Positions 17,033-26,949 of a stretch of 64,000 nt of DNA are shown here, piece after piece. This DNA comes from Chloroflexota bacterium (lineage in GTDB: Bacteria > Chloroflexota > Dormibacteria > Dormibacterales > Dormibacteraceae). Within the stretch, counting starts at the first letter, position 1. Every line of letters begins with the position of its first letter. The notes below the pieces were generated by a model. The model was not told the DNA's origin, searched no databases, and saw only the letters and a list, made by a program, of their open reading frames with translations. The translations under genes were made by a program, and so were the position numbers. Where the stretch lies: assembly GCA_005883575.1 (NCBI GenBank), contig VBFH01000036.1, forward strand, positions 2,523 to 66,522, written 5' to 3'.

Positions 17033-19555
17033 CTAGGTCTCGACGACCGCCTCCGCCTGCGGGGCCGCCTCGGTCACCACGGACCTCACGAGCTGCGAGT
17101 ACTCGTCCACCAGCTCGTGTGCGTGGCCTGGATCGGTGGTCGACGCGATCACGTAGTACTCCGGTCGGTCGGCATCCGGCGCCACCAGGACCCACCCGTC
17201 GTCTACAAACACTTTCACCCCATCCGTCAGGTCGACTCGATCCTTCAGATGCCGCTCCATCATCGTCCGCATCACGCGCCCCTTGACCTCCCACGGGCAG
17301 AACTCGACCGCGGTCCGGTGCGTCACCACCGGGATCCGGGAACGTAGGCCGCCCAGTGACGTTCCTGTGTGGGCGAGCATCTCTAGCACCCGGGCGATCG
17401 TGAAGATGGCGTCGAACGACACGGCAAAGTCCGGCCAGCAGTACCCACCTCCCCCGTCCGACGCCAGCACAGCCTCGGCGTGCTGGGCCGCGCGCAAGAC
17501 CGCGCCCGGCGTGATCTTGGTCGGAACGAAGCGGCTGCCCAGTTGGTCCGCGATCATCGAGAACGCCAGCGAGGATGAGGCGGGTCCCAGGACCATGCCC
17601 GGCTTCGCCGTCAACGCCAGCTGCGCCAGCACCGCAAAGGCAGCGCTGTGGTCCAGGACTGCTCCGCTCTCGTCGATGACAAAACACCGCTCCCCAGGCG
17701 TGTCGATGAACACGCCCAGCTTGGCCTTCACCGCGGACGTGATGACGCCCATCTCCTGGAGGCGACCCTGGAAGGTCGGGTCGTCCTGCTCCATCACGAT
17801 CTCCGCGGGCGCCGCGTTCAGAGGGATCACCGTGCAGTTGAGCTCGCGCAAGATCTGCGGCAGGACCATCGCAGCGGCGCCGTTGTTGTAGTCGATCACG
17901 ACCTTGAAGGCCGCGCCCCTTACCGCCTCCAGATCCAGCTTGGCCAGCATGTCCTCCATGTAGCGGTCGGTCTGCTGATCTCGCCGCGTGATGCGCCCCA
18001 TCTCGTAGTGGGATACCCGACGAATGTCCTCGCGAAAGAACAGTCCCTCGAGCTTCCGCTCGCTTCTCTTGTCCACGTCAAGGCCGTGGTCGTCGAAGAT
18101 GCGGACGTCAGCGGAGCGTGGATCGACCGGCGACGTCTGCACATGCACAGCCGAAACGTGGTTGTGGCGCGACCAGTAGCGGCACACAGGCGCGGGCAGC
18201 ACCGAGAGGTCGACGACGTTGCTGCCGGACGAGATGATCCCCGACATCACAGCGCGGCCGATCATCCGCGCCGACCGCGTGTAGTCGCGCGAGAAGGCGA
18301 TCTCGGTGCCCTTCGGCGTCAAGGCGCCGATCGCGGCGCCGAGGCGGGAAGCGAACTCCGGTGTGATCTCGATGTTGATCAGGCCGTTCAGTCCGTAAGA
18401 GCTGAACAGCCCGCGTTTCCACGAACCGGCCCAGATGATCGACTCGTGGACGACCGCGCCCGGCTCGACCTCTTTGTTGGGCCAGATGCGGACGTTCGCG
18501 TTCACCGTCGAGCCCGAACCGATGGTGACGTCGCTGCCGATCACGGCGCCCTCCTCCAGCAGGCAGCCGTTCTTGACCGTGACCGATCGACAGACGACAG
18601 CGCCGCGAAGGCGCGAGTTCAACCCGATGTAGCTGTGGTCCCAGACGATCGAGTTCGAGATCTTCACCCCCGAGTCGACGGTCGTGTAAGCGCCGACGAC
18701 CGCCGGCCCGTTGATCCAGGCGCCGGCGCGCACTTTCGCGCCCGCGCCGATCAGCGCGGGGCCGTCGACGCGGGCGCCAGGAAACACCTCGGCGTCAGGG
18801 TGTATCCACGTGGAATCGCCGACGCGGTCGCCTGGCAGCTGGACCTTGACCCTGCCCTCGAGGCAGTCGAAGTTCGCCTTCACGTAGGCGGGGTGGCTGC
18901 CGACGTCTTCCCAATAGCCGTCGGCGATCCAGCCGAAAACGTGCTCGCCCTCCTTGAGCAGCTTGGGGAACACGTCGCCCGACCAGTCTGTGACCTCGCC
19001 CGGCCGGAAGAAATCGAAAACAGCGGGGTCGAGGATGTAGATGCCAGTGTTGGCAAGGTCGGAGATCACCTCGCCCCAGCTCGGCTTCTCGATGAAGCGC
19101 TGGACTGCCCCGCCATCGTCGACGACCACGACGCCGTACTCGAGCGGGTTTGGCACGGGTTTCAAGACGATGGTCGCGATGGCCTTGTGTTCGCGGTGGA
19201 AGCGAGCCGCGGCGCCGAGATCGATATCGGTCAGCGAGTCGCCTGAGATGACGACAAATGGCTCGTTGAGCTGCTGGCGGGCCAGCATCACGGAACCCGC
19301 GGTGCCGAGCGGCGAGTCCTCCACCGAGTAAGTGAGGGCGACGCCCTGGTCGGAGCCGTCGCCGAAGTAGTTGCGGATCGACGCGCCCAGGTACTGGACG
19401 GTCGCGACCACGTCGCGCAGCTGGTGGCGGCGCAGGTGGAGAAGGATGTGCTCCATGATCGGCCGGCCCGCGACCGGAACCAGGGGCTTGGGCATGTTGC
19501 TGGTGAGCGGCCGGAGACGCGAACCCTCGCCTCCCGCCATCACCACGGCCTTCAC
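17033..19555 (-). CDS. Bifunctional sugar-1-phosphate nucleotidyltransferase (with LbH domain) and phosphomannomutase/phosphoglucomutase
   Basis: N-terminus VKAVVMAGGEGSRLRPLTSNMPKPL, followed by hexapeptide repeats. The C-terminal half is alpha-D-phosphohexomutase-like (domains I-IV). The GTG at 19555 is preferred, because the ORF-track start overlaps glgP. Confidence 0.85.
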   Translation of the reverse strand: MKAVVMAGGEGSRLRPLTSNMPKPLVPVAGRPIMEHILLHLRRHQLRDVVATVQYLGASIRNYFGDGSDQGVALTYSVEDSPLGTAGSVMLARQQLNEPFVVISGDSLTDIDLGAAARFHREHKAIATIVLKPVPNPLEYGVVVVDDGGAVQRFIEKPSWGEVISDLANTGIYILDPAVFDFFRPGEVTDWSGDVFPKLLKEGEHVFGWIADGYWEDVGSHPAYVKANFDCLEGRVKVQLPGDRVGDSTWIHPDAEVFPGARVDGPALIGAGAKVRAGAWINGPAVVGAYTTVDSGVKISNSIVWDHSYIGLNSRLRGAVVCRSVTVKNGCLLEEGAVIGSDVTIGSGSTVNANVRIWPNKEVEPGAVVHESIIWAGSWKRGLFSSYGLNGLINIEITPEFASRLGAAIGALTPKGTEIAFSRDYTRSARMIGRAVMSGIISSGSNVVDLSVLPAPVCRYWSRHNHVSAVHVQTSPVDPRSADVRIFDDHGLDVDKRSERKLEGLFFREDIRRVSHYEMGRITRRDQQTDRYMEDMLAKLDLEAVRGAAFKVVIDYNNGAAAMVLPQILRELNCTVIPLNAAPAEIVMEQDDPTFQGRLQEMGVITSAVKAKLGVFIDTPGERCFVIDESGAVLDHSAAFAVLAQLALTAKPGMVLGPASSSLAFSMIADQLGSRFVPTKITPGAVLRAAQHAEAVLASDGGGGYCWPDFAVSFDAIFTIARVLEMLAHTGTSLGGLRSRIPVVTHRTAVEFCPWEVKGRVMRTMMERHLKDRVDLTDGVKVFVDDGWVLVAPDADRPEYYVIASTTDPGHAHELVDEYSQLVRSVVTEAAPQAEAVVET

Positions 19556-19583
19556 GTCCCCAACCCCATAACATCGTAGTTCC

Positions 19584-21641
19584 GTGCTGGAAGAACTCAA
19601 CCAATTCGCATACGACCTGCTGTGGACGTGGCAACCCCGGATCGAGGCTCTGTTTCGCGCCCTCGAACCGGACCTCTGGAAATCGACCCGCGAAAACCCG
19701 GTCCTGCTGCTCACGCAGCTCGGTGAGGAAGGCGTCCAGCGCGCGTGCGAGCGCCAGGAGGTGCGTCAGGCGTTTGAGGGCGCCAAGGCCGCCTATCGGG
19801 AGTACTACGACCGCCATCCCCGGTTCATGGACGCCCAAGCGCCCCTGGGGATCGCATACTTCTCGCTCGAGTTCGGGCTCTCGGAATGCCTGCCCATCTA
19901 CTCGGGCGGGCTCGGTGTCCTGGCCGGCGATCACCTGAAGGCAACCAGCGATCTCGGCCTTCCGCTCGTCGCGGTCGGCCTTCTGTACCGCCAGGGATTC
20001 GGGCGCCAGGACATCGACCAGTCCGGCCGCCAGTTCGAGGTCTACTTCGAGAACCGTGGCTCCGAGCTGCCGGTGCGCAAGCTGCCGGATGTCGAGGTCG
20101 AGGCGCCGATCGGCCAGCGCAGTGTGCGCATAGCCGTCTGGCGCGCCCAGGTCGGCCGGGTGCCTCTCTTCCTGCTCGACACCGATCTGGAGGCCAACCC
20201 TCTCGACCTCCGCAACATCACCGACCGGCTCTACGTGCCCGAGCCCGACCGGCGCCTCCGTCAGGAGATCGTGCTCGGCATCGGTGGCGTGCGGGCCCTG
20301 CGCGCGCTCGGTCTTGATTCGGGTGTCTTTCACCTCAACGAGGGCCACAGCTTCCTCTGCGCGATCGAGCGCATCCGCGAGCTGCGCGCTTCGCGCCAGA
20401 TGACGCTGGAGGAGGCGCGCCTGGTCGCCCGCGCCGGGATCGTGTTCACGACCCACACGCCGATCGCGGCGGGCAGCGACTACTTCGACGCCGGCCTGGT
20501 CTGGGACCAGCTCGGTCCCTACCTGTCGCAAGTTGGAATCTCGTTCGACCGCTTCATGGACCTCGGGCGCCAGCGGCCGGGCGACCCGCGCGAGCGGCTG
20601 TGCACGACGTACGCCGCCCTGCGCCTGGCCGACCAGTCGGTGGGAGTGAGCCGGCTGCATGGAGCCGTTTCGCGGCGTTTGTGGAAAGACGCCTGGCGCG
20701 GGCTCCCGGAAGCGCAGGTTCCGATCGGTTCGGTGACCAACGGCGTCCATATGCCGACCTGGGTGGCGCCCGAAATCGCGGCTCTGCTCAGCCGCTACGT
20801 CGGCCCGGACTGGTGGGACCTCGATCCAGCCGACGGACGATGGCATGCGGTCTCCGAGATTCCAGCCGCCGACCTGTGGACGATCCACTGTGACCTCAAG
20901 CGCAGGCTGCTCGAGGTGGCCAAGGAGCGCGCCGAGACCCCGCACGAGCTCGACATGAACGCGCTGACAATCGGGTTCGGGCGTCGGTTCGCGCCGTATA
21001 AGCGCGCGAACCTTCTGCTTCGGGACCGCACCCGCCTCGGCAAGTTGCTCCGCAACTCGCGCCGGCCGGTCCAGATCCTGTTCGCGGGCAAGTCGCACCC
21101 AGCTGACCAGCCCGGTAAGGACATCGTCGCCGGCGTGGTCGCGCTCGCGCGTGAGGAGCCCCGCGTAGCCTTCCTCAAGGACTACGACATCGCCCTCGCC
21201 CGTTACCTCGTGCAGGGCGCCGATGTTTGGCTCAACAACCCGCGCCGCTTTCTCGAGGCCAGCGGCACCAGCGGCATGAAGGCCGGCGCCAACGGCGGGT
21301 TGAACGTGAGCGTTCTCGATGGATGGTGGGACGAGGCTTACCGGCCGGAGCTCGGCTGGGCCATCCCCTCTGCGGCAACGCTCGACCGCCAGGACGTCGA
21401 CGACCTGGCCGAGACGGAGGGCCTGTACCGCCTGCTGGAGCGGGAGGTCGTGCCCGCGTTCTACGACCGGGACGAGAACGGAATCCCGCGCCGTTGGGTG
21501 GAGATGATGAAGGCGTCGATGCGCAACGTGGTCACGCAGTTCGCCGCGCGCCGCATGGTCATCGACTACTTCAACGCGGCGTACGGACCCGGCGCCCGCC
21601 GCGTCGAGCAACTGAGGTTACTGCCCGACTGGGGGGGCTGA
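19584..21641 (+). CDS. glgP: Alpha-glucan phosphorylase (GT35, short bacterial/archaeal type)
   Basis: YFSLEFG...IYSGGLGVLAGDHLK, HLNEGH, and GTSGMKA (PLP lysine region). 685 aa. Confidence 0.9.
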   Translation: MLEELNQFAYDLLWTWQPRIEALFRALEPDLWKSTRENPVLLLTQLGEEGVQRACERQEVRQAFEGAKAAYREYYDRHPRFMDAQAPLGIAYFSLEFGLSECLPIYSGGLGVLAGDHLKATSDLGLPLVAVGLLYRQGFGRQDIDQSGRQFEVYFENRGSELPVRKLPDVEVEAPIGQRSVRIAVWRAQVGRVPLFLLDTDLEANPLDLRNITDRLYVPEPDRRLRQEIVLGIGGVRALRALGLDSGVFHLNEGHSFLCAIERIRELRASRQMTLEEARLVARAGIVFTTHTPIAAGSDYFDAGLVWDQLGPYLSQVGISFDRFMDLGRQRPGDPRERLCTTYAALRLADQSVGVSRLHGAVSRRLWKDAWRGLPEAQVPIGSVTNGVHMPTWVAPEIAALLSRYVGPDWWDLDPADGRWHAVSEIPAADLWTIHCDLKRRLLEVAKERAETPHELDMNALTIGFGRRFAPYKRANLLLRDRTRLGKLLRNSRRPVQILFAGKSHPADQPGKDIVAGVVALAREEPRVAFLKDYDIALARYLVQGADVWLNNPRRFLEASGTSGMKAGANGGLNVSVLDGWWDEAYRPELGWAIPSAATLDRQDVDDLAETEGLYRLLEREVVPAFYDRDENGIPRRWVEMMKASMRNVVTQFAARRMVIDYFNAAYGPGARRVEQLRLLPDWGG

Positions 21642-21645
21642 ACGG

Positions 21646-21675
21646 ATGAGAGGAAACCACGAGGTTTCCTCTCAT
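21646..21675. terminator. Perfect 13-bp stem / 4-nt loop hairpin 5 nt after the glgP stop
   Basis: ATGAGAGGAAACC-ACGA-GGTTTCCTCTCAT. There is no U-tract, so function as an intrinsic terminator is uncertain. Confidence 0.5.
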
Positions 21676-21913
21676 ACACGGCGGTCAACGGCCACTCTCG
21701 GATATCTCACAGGCGCGGCTATGCCGGCCGGATTCGCGCCGCCACTCCTTCCCGAGCGGATGGGATTGTTTAGATTCCTTCCACGCGACGACGCCTGGAG
21801 GATTTAGAAGCCTCGTGTCGCGGCCGGGTTAAACCCGGCCGCCAAAGCCACGCCAGTGTTACCAGACAAGCCGGTCCGGCTTGTAAACGGGCCGCCGGGA
21901 CCTGGATTTCTAT

Positions 21914-24900
21914 CTATTGCCCGACCGAGGTGGCTGAGGGCTCGGACGCTGCCACGCCGTGACGCTCGCGATGGGCGGCGATCGCGGCCAGGTAAAGCTG
22001 GACGTATTTCAGAGCCGACCTCGACCAGGATACGTCTTCTTGCATCGCGTGCTGGATGAGCCACGCCCACACCGCCGGATGGCGGAACGTCTCCGCCGCG
22101 CGAACCACCGCGGCGAAGAACTGCCAGGGGTCGTAGGGCCCGAATCGGAATCCGTTGCCTTTCTGCGCCGCGGGATCGTAGTCGCGGATCGTATCCGCGA
22201 GGCCGCCCGTCGCCCGCACCACGGGGATCGTGCCATAGCGAAGTGCGATGAGCTGCGCAAGGCCGCCCGGCTCGAAGCGCGAAGGCATCCACAGCATGTC
22301 CGCACCTGCGTATATCCGCTGCGCCAGCGCCGAGTCAAAGCCGATCGCGACCGCGACCTGGCGCGGCAGCTCCCCAGCCCAACGCCGGAACATGTCTTCA
22401 TAGCGCCGGTCGCCCGTGCCGATGACCACGATCTGGAGGCCCAGCTGGACCAGCTCAGGCATCGCCTGCTCGATCAGGTCGAAACCCTTGACGTCATAGA
22501 ACCGCGAGACGATCGCGCACAGCGGCTTGTTGACCTCCTCGAGCCCGAGCTCGGTTCGCAGCGCGGCCCGGCACAGGGCCTTCGCTTGAGGCGCGTCCGC
22601 TGAGTAGTGGTGCGCGATGTTGGGATCGCGCTCAGGATCGAAGATGTCGTAGTCGATTCCATTCAGGATTCCGTGCAGCTTGTGCGTGTTGCGGCGCAGC
22701 AGCTCATCCAGGCCTTCGCCGTACTCAGGCGTCTGAATCTCCTTTGCGTATCGCTCGCTGACCGTGTTCACGACGTCGGCGAAGTGGATGCCTCGACCCA
22801 GCACGTTGACGACGTTGTCGAGTCCCGGAATGCCGAGCCGGATCAAACCCCATTCCTGCAGTCCCGCGAGCATTAGCGCGCCGAAGCCGAACACGCCCTG
22901 GGCCGACAGGTTGTGGACCGTCAGCGTGGTCGCGATTTCCTCGTAGGCGCCTCCCTCGTAGACGCGGTCGAGCAGGTTCGGGATGAGCGCGCCATACCAG
23001 TCGTGAACGTGGATCACGTCTGGGAAGAACTCGAGCGCGGGCAGCATCTCGAGGACGGCGCGGCAGAAGTAGACGGAGCGCGCGTCGTCGTCGCCAAATC
23101 CGAACATCCCGTCGCGGTCGTACAGAGGCGGACAGTCGACGAAGTACACGACCATCTCGCCCAGCCGGCCCTCGAAGATCGTCGCCGGCATCAGGTCGGT
23201 GCCCAATGGCACCTGGAGGTCGGAGACGACCGGCCGCAGCTCGTAGCGGGCGATTTCGACCTGGCGGTGCCGCGGCAGCACGACCCGCACGTCGTGGCCT
23301 AATCGCCGCAGCTCTTTGGAAAGCGCGGCAGCGACGTCCGAAACGCCGCCGAGCTTCGCGAACGGAGCGAGCTCCGCGGTGGCGACAAGGACCTTCAAAG
23401 GCTTCGCATCCTCCACAGCGACGGCCGGCGCCTGGCCAGGCACGCGGATGCCGAGCGCACCAGACGGCGGCACGACCTCGATGTCCTTGCCTTCGCGACT
23501 CACGATCAAGGCCATCTCGAACGCATCGCCCGCGCGCTTGCCGAGCTGCTTGAAGGGAATCGCGACCGCGAAAGGATCGTCGACGTCCCAGCTCTCCTCC
23601 GCGATCGCCTTCGTCTCGGGTTCGATGACCTTGAGCACGGAGACGGCGCCGCCCTGGGAGCGAGGCGTGATCCGAACCACGAACGCGGGCTCGAAACCCA
23701 GCTCGCCCACCGCGGTCTTGGCAAGCGGCAGCTCGAGCTCGCCATCGCCGTCGAGCGCAGGCGCGCCAGAGCAGTAGATCCAGAACTCGATCTTTTGTTG
23801 CTCCAGCTCGTGACCGGAGCGAGGGGAGTCGATGCGAAAATACATCTTGTCGTCGTCGTTGCCGTAATAGACGCGTTCGACCACGCCGGCGGGGCGATGC
23901 AGGGCGCCAAATCCGGAGCCAACAAGGTAGTAACCGGCCTGTGCCCACGCCGGGTCCTGCTTCGACTGCGGGCTGATTGACGCCGCGGGCACACCACGTT
24001 CGGGGGTCGGTGCGCGCTTGATGATCGGCTGGAACAGACGGGCCGGCGCCCGAGCGCCCATGAGCTTGTAGACGTTGCGGAGGTGCAGCCGAAACTGGTT
24101 GTCCCAGATCGGATCCATGCCCGAGTCGTGCTTGCGGCTGAACCACCAGAACCAGTCGCTGCCTTCCGTGATCAAGATCTCGCGCCACGCGAGCGCGGCC
24201 TGCTGGGAATCCTTCGGGCGCTGCTGCGACTGCGCGTCCAGCCAGTCGCGTGTCTCCGCTAGCAGGTCCCACGCGACGTTGTGCTCGGGATCTCCGATCC
24301 ACGTATCCAGGCTTGCGCCGATCCAGCTGCCGGTGTGCAGGTGATGAAGCTGATGCTGCGGCGGGTGCTCGGCGAGGAAGTCGGAGACCGTCGTGGTGAT
24401 GATCTCGGAGCTGGAGTCGAGCTCGGTGTACAGCGCGTTGAGGAAGTCATGGCCGTCACGGGGATAGAACTCCCACGCGTTTTCGCCGTCGAGCGCGATC
24501 ACCGCAAGAAAATCGCGGTCGACCTGGACCTCGCGGATCCGGTGGAGGCGGCCGAGCAGGTCACGCGCAGCGTCGATGGATGACATCCGCTGGTAGTCGA
24601 AACCGATCGCGTTCGACAGCTGTGAGTCGCGGAAGACCATCGAGACGGAGCGACCTTCGCGCGCCACTTGCTTCGGTTGGTAAAGGTGCTCGTCGCGGTT
24701 GAAGTGACCCTCGAGCGAACGCGCGAGCACCTCTTCGTCGCTGATCATCCAGTCCAGCTTCGACTTCTCGGCTAGCCCGATCACGCTCTCGCCCACAGCC
24801 ATCTCTGAGGGCCACATGCCCTTGGGCCGGCGCCCCAGCATGCGCTCGAACAGGCCCATGCCGAGCTCGATCTGGCGCTCGGCGTCCTCGCGATGCGAGA

Positions 24901-25594
24901 AGTGCCTTTCGGGAAGCTGAATCTGCGGGTTCGCGCTGCGCGCGGAGTCGACGTGACAGATCAGCGGCAGGATCGGGTGGTAATACGGCGAGAAAGTCAG
25001 CTCTGCCTGTCCGCGATCAGCGAGCTCGCGGTATTTAGGGATGATGCTGCGAATCCGCTCCAGCTGCGCAGTAAACAGAATCGCCTTGTCGTCTTCGGTG
25101 AAGTCGCGGTCCTTGCGCTTGAGCTCGGCCAGCCCTGGATCGGACTCGACCCACACGGGATCGCACCAGGCGAGGTTGAACCACACCTGGAGGTCGCGGA
25201 TGTCGGCGTGAGTGAACTGTGCATCCGCGGGTCGAGATGCCAGCTCGAGATACCGCTGCGACTGCTGAACGCGCAACGCCCGGGGTGATTCGCGCATCCA
25301 GCGCAGGACGAAATCGCGTTCCTCGCCTTTCAGGTCGACGGCGGCGCGCTTGCTTAGGTTGAGGAAGAGATCGACCGACTCCTCCTTGCCGTAGTCCTCG
25401 ATCTGAGCCAGGAGCGCAGGCACGAGGTTGAAGGTGCCTCGCACGTTCGGGTACCCGTCGAGCAGCGCAGCCATCTTGAAGTAGTCCTTGGCCGAACGCA
25501 GGCGCACCCACGGCAGCAGGTAGGTGCTCGTCAGGTCGTCCTTGTAGTACGGCTGGTGCATGTGCCATACGAAGGCAACGTGGAGCGGTCTCAT
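21914..25594 (-). CDS. GH57 alpha-glucan-active enzyme fused to glycogen/starch synthase (GT5, GlgA-like), 1226 aa
   Basis: N-terminus HVAFVWHMHQPYY, GMWPSEMAV, ALDGENAWEF and SDWFWWF are GH57 motifs. From about aa 733, KVLVATAELAPFAKLGGVSDV...HDWY...NG.D...W.P is GlgA-like. The approximate domain boundary is nt 23398. Confidence 0.9.
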   Translation of the reverse strand: MRPLHVAFVWHMHQPYYKDDLTSTYLLPWVRLRSAKDYFKMAALLDGYPNVRGTFNLVPALLAQIEDYGKEESVDLFLNLSKRAAVDLKGEERDFVLRWMRESPRALRVQQSQRYLELASRPADAQFTHADIRDLQVWFNLAWCDPVWVESDPGLAELKRKDRDFTEDDKAILFTAQLERIRSIIPKYRELADRGQAELTFSPYYHPILPLICHVDSARSANPQIQLPERHFSHREDAERQIELGMGLFERMLGRRPKGMWPSEMAVGESVIGLAEKSKLDWMISDEEVLARSLEGHFNRDEHLYQPKQVAREGRSVSMVFRDSQLSNAIGFDYQRMSSIDAARDLLGRLHRIREVQVDRDFLAVIALDGENAWEFYPRDGHDFLNALYTELDSSSEIITTTVSDFLAEHPPQHQLHHLHTGSWIGASLDTWIGDPEHNVAWDLLAETRDWLDAQSQQRPKDSQQAALAWREILITEGSDWFWWFSRKHDSGMDPIWDNQFRLHLRNVYKLMGARAPARLFQPIIKRAPTPERGVPAASISPQSKQDPAWAQAGYYLVGSGFGALHRPAGVVERVYYGNDDDKMYFRIDSPRSGHELEQQKIEFWIYCSGAPALDGDGELELPLAKTAVGELGFEPAFVVRITPRSQGGAVSVLKVIEPETKAIAEESWDVDDPFAVAIPFKQLGKRAGDAFEMALIVSREGKDIEVVPPSGALGIRVPGQAPAVAVEDAKPLKVLVATAELAPFAKLGGVSDVAAALSKELRRLGHDVRVVLPRHRQVEIARYELRPVVSDLQVPLGTDLMPATIFEGRLGEMVVYFVDCPPLYDRDGMFGFGDDDARSVYFCRAVLEMLPALEFFPDVIHVHDWYGALIPNLLDRVYEGGAYEEIATTLTVHNLSAQGVFGFGALMLAGLQEWGLIRLGIPGLDNVVNVLGRGIHFADVVNTVSERYAKEIQTPEYGEGLDELLRRNTHKLHGILNGIDYDIFDPERDPNIAHHYSADAPQAKALCRAALRTELGLEEVNKPLCAIVSRFYDVKGFDLIEQAMPELVQLGLQIVVIGTGDRRYEDMFRRWAGELPRQVAVAIGFDSALAQRIYAGADMLWMPSRFEPGGLAQLIALRYGTIPVVRATGGLADTIRDYDPAAQKGNGFRFGPYDPWQFFAAVVRAAETFRHPAVWAWLIQHAMQEDVSWSRSALKYVQLYLAAIAAHRERHGVAASEPSATSVGQ

Positions 25595-26949
25595 TTGTTC
25601 ACATCTATGATCGCAGCGTCAGGCTTGCGTACCCGCCGCCGGGGTACACGCCGCGGCGCGGGTTCTGCCGGCAGGCGTACACCCTGGTGGGCGGCGGCGA
25701 AGTCGATCCGCAGGAGCAGCTGGTCGATCACCTTCTCCCATACATAGTCGCGGGCAGTGGCTCGGCCTCGCTTGCGCATCTCGGTCACAAGGCGAGGCCT
25801 CTCCTTCAGCACCGACAGCTCGGTGACGATCTCGAGGGGGTCGTCGGTCTCGAGCACGACCGCGTTTCGGTACGCCTCGGCGTAGTCCTCGCCCGTCGAG
25901 CCGGTGACCGCGATCCCGCGCGCCGCCATCACCTCGAGTCCAACGAGTCCAAAGGGCTCGTGGCCCGAGTTGGCGAGCACCACGTCGCAGGCTGAGTAGA
26001 TCGATCGCACGAGCGCGTCGCTGAGAAAGCTCGTCACGTTGATCACGTCCACCTCGCGAGACTCGCGCAGCAAGGTCGCCAACGCCGCAGCGTCGGCCGG
26101 CGCGCGAGCATGGCGGACGACCAACCCCTGGTGCTCGGCGTGCGTGACCACCTCGGCGCCGTGGGGCTCGCGACCGCCGCGTATCAAGAGCTTGACGGTG
26201 CGCCCCCGTCGCTTCAGCTCCGCGGCTGCGGTCACCGCCATCAGCCAGCGCTTGTCCGGGTCAAACCGGCCGATCTTGAACCAGAAGTGGTCGGCGGCCG
26301 CCGCCGATCGAAGGTCCTCCACCGCAGCGGGATCGGCGTCGAAGATCGACTCGCGTGGAATGCCATTGGGGACCACGATCGGGTTCTGGCCCCACTCCCA
26401 CATCCTGAACTTCATGTAGCGACTCACGGTCGTGATCGTGGTCGCGAGGTTGACCGCGGGCCAGTCGATGCGGTGGAAGCCGAACGTGTTGTTCGCGTTC
26501 CAAAGCACCACTGTCCGATCGCGAATCCCGCGGTAGAAGACCAAGTCCGAGATCAGCTTCATCGACCACGCGGTGTGCCACTCCTCACCGAGGATGACAA
26601 CCTGCTTCGCGTCCCCGGCGGCGGGCTCGATCACCTTGTCGATCAGGCTGGGCGGAAGGCTGTAGTTCCAGTCCCTGACCTTGCCTTCCTCGCCGTCGTA
26701 GACGCCGCCGCGGTGCTGGGCGGAGATCCATTGGCACCAGCGCCTCAGGTGGAGCTGGCCCCCTTCGAGGTCCTCCTCGCCGGGTAGGTCGGGGTCACCG
26801 CAGAAATAGAGGTATGTCGGATAACCCATGCGCGCCAGCGATCGCGACAGCCCCTTCACCCGCACGCCAAGCCCGCCGGCCTGGCTGTACGCGTCCGGCC
26901 CCTCGAAGCTGAGGAGGACGAAGACCGTCTGGCTGGGATCGAGGCTCAT
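25591..26949 (-). CDS. Family 4 (GT-B, retaining) glycosyltransferase
   Basis: The ATG at 26949 gives MSLDPSQTVFVLLSFEGPD.YSQAGGLGVRV. The E-x7-E motif is GHEPFGLVGLE. ATGA overlaps at both ends. Confidence 0.85.
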   Translation of the reverse strand: MSLDPSQTVFVLLSFEGPDAYSQAGGLGVRVKGLSRSLARMGYPTYLYFCGDPDLPGEEDLEGGQLHLRRWCQWISAQHRGGVYDGEEGKVRDWNYSLPPSLIDKVIEPAAGDAKQVVILGEEWHTAWSMKLISDLVFYRGIRDRTVVLWNANNTFGFHRIDWPAVNLATTITTVSRYMKFRMWEWGQNPIVVPNGIPRESIFDADPAAVEDLRSAAAADHFWFKIGRFDPDKRWLMAVTAAAELKRRGRTVKLLIRGGREPHGAEVVTHAEHQGLVVRHARAPADAAALATLLRESREVDVINVTSFLSDALVRSIYSACDVVLANSGHEPFGLVGLEVMAARGIAVTGSTGEDYAEAYRNAVVLETDDPLEIVTELSVLKERPRLVTEMRKRGRATARDYVWEKVIDQLLLRIDFAAAHQGVRLPAEPAPRRVPRRRVRKPDAAIIDVNK

